From a virus, in IMG/VR virus record IMGVR_UViG_3300037246_000990, positions 55,600 through 119,599 of that record: a stretch of 64,000 nucleotides of DNA. One strand, given 5' to 3'. The notes under the pieces are model-generated. The model was not told the DNA's origin, searched no databases, and saw only the letters and a list, made by a program, of their open reading frames with translations. The position numbers were made by a program, and so were the translations under genes. Positions 8,926 to 15,872 of this stretch are shown here, one piece after another. The stretch's first letter is position 1, and each line of letters begins with the position of its first letter.

Positions 8926-10149
8926 CGTGTACTAACAGGTAACAAGCAGAAGGTTCCGGTGAAGGCATGGGTGGATGGCGTGGAGCTAGATATCAAGGCC
9001 GAGATACAGCTACGCCAGACAGCGCAGCTCCCCTTCATTCACAAGCATCTAGCTGTCATGCCAGATGCACACTGGGGCATGGGCTCCACTGTAGGGAGTG
9101 TCATAGCTACGAAGAAGGCAATCATACCTGCTGCGGTGGGTGTGGACATTGGGTGTGGTATGATTGCTGCACGCCTGCCTGGTGCGGGAATATCTTGTGG
9201 TGTGGTCGAGTTCTGTAAGGAGATCCGCGCAGCCATCGAAGCAGCGGTACCTCACGGGCGCACCGACAACGGTGGGCCGAAAGACGAGGGGCGGTGGCAA
9301 GACAGTATCCCTCGTAGCACAGGTGTCGAGTGGAGTAATATGCAGCAGGCTTTCTGGGACATAGGTGACAAGCACCCGGAGATCTATAAGTGGGGCTCTC
9401 CTATGTACCAGCTCGGTACGCTGGGTGGAGGCAACCACTTCATTGAGGTGTGCAAGGACGAAGAGAATGAGGTGTGGGTCATGCTGCACTCAGGGTCACG
9501 GGGTATCGGCAACAAGATCGGTAGGTACTTCATCAAGCTTGCTCAAAGGGAGTGTGAGAAGTGGAACATTGATCTACCCAACTCGGACCTGGCGTACTTG
9601 CCTGAAGGTACAGAATACCATGACGATTACGTTGAGGCGGTACACTGGGCACAGAGTTACGCCAAGATTAACAGAGATATCATGCTGGAGCTAACGCTGG
9701 AAGCGATGGGTGGTGTGCTTGGGTATGATATCCGGCCCGACGATCTTGTGGTGAATTGTCATCACAACTACGTGCAGAAGGAGAACCACTATGGGAAGAA
9801 CGTATTTGTTACGCGCAAAGGCGCTGTACGGGCTAGGGTTGGTGATCTTGGTATTATCCCTGGGTCTATGGGAGCCCGGTCTTACATTGTGGAAGGTCTT
9901 GGCAATCCTATGTCTTTCAATTCCTGTTCTCATGGAGCTGGTCGGGTTATGTCGAGGGCGGAAGCCAAGCGAACCTTCACGGTGAAGGATCACATCGCAG
10001 CCACCAAGGGTGTCGAGTGCCGGAAGGACAAGGGTGTGATAGATGAGACACCCGGCTGTTACAAGGACATCGATGCTGTCATGGCAGCGCAGAAGGATCT
10101 AGTGAAGATCAAGCACATACTGAAAGCTTTGGTGTGTGTCAAGGGGTAG
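8923..10149 (+). CDS. rtcB: RNA-splicing/repair ligase RtcB
   Basis: MPDAH, VGVDIGCGM, GTLGGGNHFIE, HSGSRG, HHNY, RKGA, PGSMG, SHGAGR and YKDI motifs. Confidence 0.95.
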   Translation: MRVLTGNKQKVPVKAWVDGVELDIKAEIQLRQTAQLPFIHKHLAVMPDAHWGMGSTVGSVIATKKAIIPAAVGVDIGCGMIAARLPGAGISCGVVEFCKEIRAAIEAAVPHGRTDNGGPKDEGRWQDSIPRSTGVEWSNMQQAFWDIGDKHPEIYKWGSPMYQLGTLGGGNHFIEVCKDEENEVWVMLHSGSRGIGNKIGRYFIKLAQRECEKWNIDLPNSDLAYLPEGTEYHDDYVEAVHWAQSYAKINRDIMLELTLEAMGGVLGYDIRPDDLVVNCHHNYVQKENHYGKNVFVTRKGAVRARVGDLGIIPGSMGARSYIVEGLGNPMSFNSCSHGAGRVMSRAEAKRTFTVKDHIAATKGVECRKDKGVIDETPGCYKDIDAVMAAQKDLVKIKHILKALVCVKG

Positions 10150-10240
10150 CCTACACCTAAATATAGTATTCGCTCGAATTGACGAGCATGAAAACCGTGC
10201 CAAAATGAGGAAATATTATACCTCGGCACAAGGAGGAAGC

Positions 10241-10546
10241 ATGCAAGCTAATGGTAAAGATATAATAGAAGTGATACGTATGGGGGAGTGGAGCATCCTC
10301 AATATGTTGGAGGCTAGTTCACGGGGTGTAGAGGGGCCAGGGGTCGTACATAGACCCTGCGACGGTTGGATAAGGTTTGGGATGCGGGAAAACGCTTTGT
10401 ACTGCCGCTCATGCCATGAAGCTATGCCTAAGGATATAGTAACACTTTGGTTACTCCTCGCAGCGGACTTAGCTTGTAGTAATGGCTTCTACAAGGGAGT
10501 TACCATCGCCGATGTCACCCAGGATGATCAAGGAGGTTACTCATGA
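10241..10546 (+). CDS. Small HxxC/CxxC-P zinc-finger protein (copy 6)
   Basis: AGGAGG RBS before ATG 10241; VIRMGEWSI..VHRPC..CRSCHEAMPKDIVTLWLL. Confidence 0.65.
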   Translation: MQANGKDIIEVIRMGEWSILNMLEASSRGVEGPGVVHRPCDGWIRFGMRENALYCRSCHEAMPKDIVTLWLLLAADLACSNGFYKGVTIADVTQDDQGGYS

Positions 10547-11955
10547 ACTTCGATGAAAGCGCCTTCATATACGCTCTGAGTTCACGTCCAGAGGATGCAA
10601 GAAAGTTTGCGACGACATTCAAACCAACGTGGCTCAACACCGCAGAGTATGTACCTATCCTGGCTGAGCTGTTCGCTTTCACCCGAGAACATGGAGAGCA
10701 GCCGTCTATCGACACGCTGCACAAGGTGTTCAAGGACAAGGACGAAGAAGCGTACGACCTAAGATACAAAGCCGCGCTCGATAGCATCACGGATGTCATA
10801 CCCGACCGATCCACCCAGCTCTACACGCTGGGTAAGGCGAGGGATACGGGTGTGGTGCGTGACTTCCAAGAACTGAGTGCCGACCAGAACTTCTTGAAGA
10901 AGCAGGCTGAGCTTGAAGGCGGTGATATGCTTAAAGCTTTACACCAATTCTTCATGAAGCATGGCGACTTGAGTGAGGACAGGACGATGGACGTACGTGA
11001 GGCCATTGATCACCTCATCGACAGTCATGGGTTCACACCAGATCTGGTACGTATCCCTTGTGGGATCCACACCATTGACAAGTGGACAGGAGGAGGGCTG
11101 CGAACGAAACAGCTCGGTATCATAATGGCCCCCACGGGGGATGGTAAGTCCAGCATGCTGGTGAACATGGCGCACAAGATGTCTGCGGTAGAGGAACGCA
11201 GGGTGTGGCTGGTAACCAATGAGCTGTCTCTTGAAGAGCAGACAGAACGTGTGCTGTCTAAGATCACAGGTGTCAAAGTGCAGGACATCATTGACGACCC
11301 GGGCGTGGCGTACACCTCGGAGCTAGCCCGGAAGTGGCGAGAAGGTCTAGCTGAGAAGCTCCGGATTACTGAGGTGAACCGAGAGGTTAGCGTGGATGAT
11401 CTCGAATCCGAGATGATGAAGTGGGTCAACCTGCTTGGGTGGAAGCCTGACGTGCTGGTGCTGGACTTCATCGAGAGGATGCGGCCCTGCGATACCGGGT
11501 ACAGTAGGGATAGAGTATGGGATTGGCTGGGTGCGATCAGCCGTGATCTCTCCCGCTATGCGAAGCGCCACAACATACTGGTATGGACAGCAGCGCAGAC
11601 TAACCGCTCAGGGTTCGGGAGGGACCCGAAGAAGAGGGATCCTCTCAGCCTGGAGATGGCGCAAGGCTCGGTCAAACATCTGCAAGAGGCAGCCTGCATC
11701 ATTGGGATGCGGCAACAAGAACTATCCGATGAACAGATCGTGATGGAGCTGGTTGACCTCAAGCAAAGGTTCGCCAAGCGGTCCAAGCGGAGCGTGTTCC
11801 TTGAGGTGGACCTCAGCAGGATGAGTATCACGAATAACGAAGTAGAAGCAGACACTTGCGAGGTTGATGAAGGTCCTCGTAAGCGGGCTTACACCCCTGC
11901 TGAGCAGCAGGCGCAGAAGAAAGAAAAGGCAGCGAGGCGGGCTGCCAAGGAGTAG
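10543..11955 (+). CDS. DnaB-like (SF4) replicative helicase
   Basis: APTGDGKS Walker A, NELS, VLVLDFIE and WTAAQTNRSG motifs. Confidence 0.9.
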   Translation: MNFDESAFIYALSSRPEDARKFATTFKPTWLNTAEYVPILAELFAFTREHGEQPSIDTLHKVFKDKDEEAYDLRYKAALDSITDVIPDRSTQLYTLGKARDTGVVRDFQELSADQNFLKKQAELEGGDMLKALHQFFMKHGDLSEDRTMDVREAIDHLIDSHGFTPDLVRIPCGIHTIDKWTGGGLRTKQLGIIMAPTGDGKSSMLVNMAHKMSAVEERRVWLVTNELSLEEQTERVLSKITGVKVQDIIDDPGVAYTSELARKWREGLAEKLRITEVNREVSVDDLESEMMKWVNLLGWKPDVLVLDFIERMRPCDTGYSRDRVWDWLGAISRDLSRYAKRHNILVWTAAQTNRSGFGRDPKKRDPLSLEMAQGSVKHLQEAACIIGMRQQELSDEQIVMELVDLKQRFAKRSKRSVFLEVDLSRMSITNNEVEADTCEVDEGPRKRAYTPAEQQAQKKEKAARRAAKE

Positions 11956-11985
11956 GTTGCAAAAGTTTGAAAGAAAAGCTATAAT
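11956..11985 (+). promoter_or_regulatory. Sigma70-type promoter, 30-bp conserved element copy A
   Basis: GTTGCAAAAGTTTGAAAGAAAAGCTATAAT: TTGCAA-N17-TATAAT, intergenic. Confidence 0.85.
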
Positions 11986-12047
11986 GTAGTAGAGAGATAA
12001 GGGAGCGTCTCGATGAAGGGAGGCACCCAGACAAAGGGAGGTACTAT

Positions 12048-12383
12048 ATGAGCGGACTTAGGTTCTCGCCCCGGTGGGCACTCTCGCCTAGAGATTGGGA
12101 TATTCATCTATCCTGCTCGAAAAGAGTAATACCCGACCAACACGCCCAGAGTGGCACCATAAAAGGTAAACAACAAAGACAAGAAGAAGATAAACGTAAA
12201 GGACTACAACAAGAACAGTGGTTCTATATTGAGAGAGATGGGAATAGTAATAATTGTACTGTGGTACATGACTCCAGCTTTCTCCCCTCTGAGGGGTTGA
12301 TGTATTTTGGGCAACGAAACCAGCCATTCAACTTCAGGGGACAACAGCACACCCCCTCATGTCTTGGTGTGATGCCAGCATGA
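12048..12383 (+). CDS. Hypothetical protein
   Basis: GGAGG RBS, downstream of the promoter. Confidence 0.5.
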   Translation: MSGLRFSPRWALSPRDWDIHLSCSKRVIPDQHAQSGTIKGKQQRQEEDKRKGLQQEQWFYIERDGNSNNCTVVHDSSFLPSEGLMYFGQRNQPFNFRGQQHTPSCLGVMPA

Positions 12384-12802
12384 GGGGGCCTTCTAAGTCT
12401 CACACCTATAATCCAGGCGAAGGAGCCAAAACCAGAATGGTAGAATGGGACGGCACTCAGTACATAGACATAGAGACTTACTACAAGCGCGTGGTTTTGA
12501 GCATGCCTCAGGACGGTGACGCCCTCCTAGGAGCCATGACACACCTCAATGCACTGACGTACCTCGGTTGTAGTAAGCTGTTCGTAGCTGAGACCGATGA
12601 GATGGATATCTACGTAGATGCTTGGCTGGTCAACGGTGCCTTCATCACCCACAAGCACCCTGAGTTCGGGGTGGTGAAGCAAGACAGCTGGGTGACCGGG
12701 ATGGTAGAATGTGGGCTACGTCACAGGGCGTGTGAACTATGTGGGAAAGTGATACCGGGTGAGATTGAAATGATGCATCACTTTTACAGGCTAGACAACT
12801 AA
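12359..12802 (+). CDS. CxxC-P protein, divergent member of the zinc-finger family (copy 7)
   Basis: ITHKH..CELCGKVIPGEIEMMHHFY. Start codon uncertain. Confidence 0.55.
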   Translation: MSWCDASMRGPSKSHTYNPGEGAKTRMVEWDGTQYIDIETYYKRVVLSMPQDGDALLGAMTHLNALTYLGCSKLFVAETDEMDIYVDAWLVNGAFITHKHPEFGVVKQDSWVTGMVECGLRHRACELCGKVIPGEIEMMHHFYRLDN

Positions 12803-12822
12803 GGAGAAAGAAGAATGGGAGG

Positions 12823-13005
12823 ATGTCGATGCCGCACTACGAGATGATATGCAATAGCGGGCATGAGACAGAGGTGGAGCAACGGATCACCGAAGATCCT
12901 CTGACTGTGTGCCCCAAGCTGGGCACTGATCAAGATGGCAATGAGGTGCAGTGTTGCTCCCCTTGTCGTAGGCTGACGAAGGAGGCTGATGATGCCTCAC
13001 TATGA
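12823..13005 (+). CDS. FmdB-like zinc-ribbon protein, C-terminally truncated copy
   Basis: MPHYEMICNSGHETEVEQRITEDPLTVC...CRRL. Confidence 0.65.
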   Translation: MSMPHYEMICNSGHETEVEQRITEDPLTVCPKLGTDQDGNEVQCCSPCRRLTKEADDASL

Positions 13006-13237
13006 TTACAAATGCGACGCGGGTCATGAGTTTGAGATTGAGCAGCGTATCACTGCGGATGCTTTGAAGGTGTGCTACTTCAGAGAAACCATAAATAGTA
13101 ATGAGCTTGAAGGGCTTGAAGGATACGGCACACCTATCAAGCAACGTGTGTGCGGTGCTCCTTGTCGTAGGCTGATCTCTAAGACCAGCTTCACGTTCAA
13201 AGGTGGAGCCCCAACCCCTAAGGGAGGTATGATATGA
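12989..13237 (+). CDS. FmdB-like zinc-ribbon protein
   Basis: MPHYDYKCDAGHEFE...CGAPCRRLISKTSFTFKGG. Confidence 0.8.
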   Translation: MMPHYDYKCDAGHEFEIEQRITADALKVCYFRETINSNELEGLEGYGTPIKQRVCGAPCRRLISKTSFTFKGGAPTPKGGMI

Positions 13238-13437
13238 AGGGTGAATTTGAAGAGAAAGAGTACTGGGTACACCAGCAGCAGCGCTTCGAGGCGGCGCTGA
13301 AGTTCGCTACCAGTAAAACATGGTGTAAAAGTGAGTTTACCACCTTGTCTATCTTTGAAGCAGTCGAGCGAGCTGATGAACTGCTCGCCAGGCTAGAAGA
13401 GACACGGACCAAGACGAACGAGGATACCCCGTTTTGA
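13234..13437 (+). CDS. Hypothetical protein
   Basis: GGAGG RBS and ATGA overlaps on both sides. Confidence 0.6.
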   Translation: MKGEFEEKEYWVHQQQRFEAALKFATSKTWCKSEFTTLSIFEAVERADELLARLEETRTKTNEDTPF

Positions 13438-14285
13438 TGAGCGAATACACCACAGCAGATATAACAGCTTGGATGTTGACCGCTTTCGCCGTCAATAAGA
13501 AGAACGGGGCCGAGCTACAGTTCGACTGCCCTGAGTGCGGGCACCCCTCATGCTACTTCAACGTGAAGAAGCAGGTTGGGTACTGCCACAGGGCTACGTG
13601 CCGGGAGGCATGGCCTCTCGATAAGCTGATCGACAAAGTAGGCCACACCCCTAAACAGGCAGGGTACCTGCCTGCTCTTGACACCATTGATGCCGTGCTC
13701 TCCAAGCCGGTAGCTCTGCCCAAAGCAGCAAAGCCCATTGAGTACCTCGACATGGCGGTTGACGCACTTAGCTATCGAGGTGTGACATGGGATCATATCC
13801 AAAAGTTCCGGATCCATCAGGATGAGAAACGATTGTACGTGCCAGTATACGAAGCTGGAGAGCTGGTGCAGTACAACTCACGTAGGGTGCGTAAGGAGAA
13901 CCCACCTGAGGATTGGTTCAAGGCGGGTGAGACGCCGTACCGTTACGCTAGCGGGCACCCCATCACCCACTACTTCTTAGGCTGGGAGGAGTGCAGACTT
14001 TGGAATGATATCGTGCTGGTGGAAAACTCATTTGTATCCATGTGGTTGCGTGATATCCATGCCACTGCGACGTTTGGGTCACACCTGAGCAACACACACA
14101 TCGACAAGATACTACACAGCCGCATCAACCATGTCACCTTCTTGTGGGACGAAGGGACTGAGTACGCCTCGCAGAAAGCGCAGCGCAAACTGAAGGAGCT
14201 AGGTGTACCAAGTAGGGCCGTCCACATCAAGGGACAACCGGATGACTACACGAAGGATGAACTGAAGGAGATGATCGATGGCTAA
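13434..14285 (+). CDS. DNA primase (Zn finger plus Toprim-like domain)
   Basis: N-terminal CPECG..CYFN..GYCHRATC, YNSR, LVENS and FLWDEG. Lies between the helicase and the polymerase. Confidence 0.8.
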   Translation: MMSEYTTADITAWMLTAFAVNKKNGAELQFDCPECGHPSCYFNVKKQVGYCHRATCREAWPLDKLIDKVGHTPKQAGYLPALDTIDAVLSKPVALPKAAKPIEYLDMAVDALSYRGVTWDHIQKFRIHQDEKRLYVPVYEAGELVQYNSRRVRKENPPEDWFKAGETPYRYASGHPITHYFLGWEECRLWNDIVLVENSFVSMWLRDIHATATFGSHLSNTHIDKILHSRINHVTFLWDEGTEYASQKAQRKLKELGVPSRAVHIKGQPDDYTKDELKEMIDG

Positions 14286-14526
14286 AGCACTAGACATGAC
14301 AGACGAACAACTGGACAGGTTCATTGTAGATATGCAGCATCGTATTGATGACGGCGACGCCGACTACTATGGAATCAATGACACCTTTGAGGAAGCAAAG
14401 GTAATCGCTGAAGAACTGGTGAAATTGAAACAGAGAGATCTGATGCTTTCAGCATTGGAAGGAGCCGGAGTCGACAACTGGGAGGGGTACGACTACGCCA
14501 TGGAAGAACTGGAGAAAGAATCATGA
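14278..14526 (+). CDS. Phage hypothetical (LEGAGVDNWEGY motif)
   Basis: Motif resembles a widespread small phage protein family; GGAG RBS. Confidence 0.65.
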   Translation: MAKALDMTDEQLDRFIVDMQHRIDDGDADYYGINDTFEEAKVIAEELVKLKQRDLMLSALEGAGVDNWEGYDYAMEELEKES

Positions 14527-14708
14527 AGATGCTATTCTGTGACGTCTGTAATAGGAAGATAACAATCGGCGAAGCTGAGTCGTTCAACTACAATCGCGAG
14601 GGCGAAGGCCCCTTCTGTGACGTTTGCTTCTTCTTCGTTGAGAAGATCCAGATGCTAGAGATTAGGATCGATGATCTAGAGTATGCTAATAGGATACCTT
14701 TGATGTGA
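14523..14708 (+). CDS. Small CxxC..CxxC protein
   Basis: CDVC..CDVC and ATGA overlap. Confidence 0.55.
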   Translation: MKMLFCDVCNRKITIGEAESFNYNREGEGPFCDVCFFFVEKIQMLEIRIDDLEYANRIPLM

Positions 14709-14899
14709 CAACTTGCTGTCAGTGCCACAGAAGCTACTGGCCTGGGAAAGGGAAGTGCCCAGGTCGACCCCAGCGCTGGGACGCCTTTGAGTACGAGGAA
14801 GCCAAATCATGTGGTCACGACCCGTGCGAAAAGTGTACACATTACGTAGATGAAAAGGAGAAAGACTATGGACCCCAAAAGACATCAAGAAATAGATAG
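14705..14899 (+). CDS. Small Cys-rich protein
   Basis: CCQC..CGHDPCEKC. Confidence 0.45.
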   Translation: MTTCCQCHRSYWPGKGKCPGRPQRWDAFEYEEAKSCGHDPCEKCTHYVDEKEKDYGPQKTSRNR

Positions 14900-15017
14900 C
14901 TTTGTTGATGCTACTAGCGGGGATCTATGGCGTTGTTTGAAGTGCAACCTTGTACATCAGTACTTCCGAAGTCAGCCAGGGTGCCCGAGGTGTAAAAGGA
15001 GAGAAGCGGATGAGTAG
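14868..15017 (+). CDS. 49-aa zinc-ribbon microprotein
   Basis: Manual translation MDPKRH..WRCLKC..GCPRCK, with AGGAG RBS. Confidence 0.55.
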   Translation: MDPKRHQEIDSFVDATSGDLWRCLKCNLVHQYFRSQPGCPRCKRREADE

Positions 15018-15028
15018 GTGGAGAACTA

Positions 15029-15490
15029 ATGCCGTATAAAAGTATACCGTTAACTGACAGGCTACAGAGGGGGCTTAAGCTACAACCTAGTGGATGCTGG
15101 GAATGGCAGGGTTACTGTACCCGGGGAGGGTATGGACAGACCGGTAGTGGCGGAAAATATGGTAAAAAGCTTTATGTACATAGAGCAATATGGGAAATTG
15201 TCTTTGGTTTTATTCCAGAAAGGCTGTGCGTCTTGCATAAGTGTGATAACCCTCCTTGTGCTAACCCGGCTCATCTATTTTTAGGTACGAAGGCTGACAA
15301 TATAGCTGATATGGTAAGCAAAGGGCGTCAACGAGGCCCACGGGGAACCCAACACGGAAACGCAAAACTAACTTGGGATCAAGTTCACGCTATTCGTGTT
15401 GATGGTAGAACTCAACTTAAAATTGGCAAAGCGTATGGAATTAACCAGACAGCAGTGAGTGCTATTAAAAGAGGCACGCGATGGAAGTAA
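15029..15490 (+). CDS. Free-standing HNH homing endonuclease
   Basis: CWEWQ..VHRA..VLHKCDNPPCANPAHLFLGTKADN; paralogue of 5835..6299. Confidence 0.9.
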   Translation: MPYKSIPLTDRLQRGLKLQPSGCWEWQGYCTRGGYGQTGSGGKYGKKLYVHRAIWEIVFGFIPERLCVLHKCDNPPCANPAHLFLGTKADNIADMVSKGRQRGPRGTQHGNAKLTWDQVHAIRVDGRTQLKIGKAYGINQTAVSAIKRGTRWK

Positions 15491-15626
15491 AAGATTATAA
15501 ACAGGTAAATATGAAAATAAATGAGATAAGATTAGCTTTCATTATAACTAAATTGAAGTTGGTTCGAGCTTTATTGACACCTATTTTGAGGCTTCACATT
15601 CGTATTCGACTGAGAAGGAGAGGGCA

Positions 15627-15872
15627 ATGACAGAGCAGCCGTACCTAGAGAGGCTTGAACAGATAATCGAGCGGCAGTACAAAGACCACCCGACTGGCTG
15701 CGGTGGGAGCTTCGGAGAGCTGCTGTGTTGGGAGATCCATGAGAACGGGAAGACCTTCATCTGGCTGGCTGAGAAATGGGGGATCAGTGTGACCACGCTT
15801 GGGGATCTAATCGCGGACCATTGCCGCAAGCTAGAGGAAGACCCGTGTGTATCGCATGAGGAGAGCAGATGA
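15627..15872 (+). CDS. Small HTH-like protein
   Basis: LAEKWGISVTTLGDLI. Confidence 0.55.
   Translation: MTEQPYLERLEQIIERQYKDHPTGCGGSFGELLCWEIHENGKTFIWLAEKWGISVTTLGDLIADHCRKLEEDPCVSHEESR

Noticed and set aside
10179-10206. TTGACG..CAAAAT promoter candidate
   Set aside because: 16-bp spacer and weak -10, unlike the six well-matched TTGCA promoters; insufficient support.
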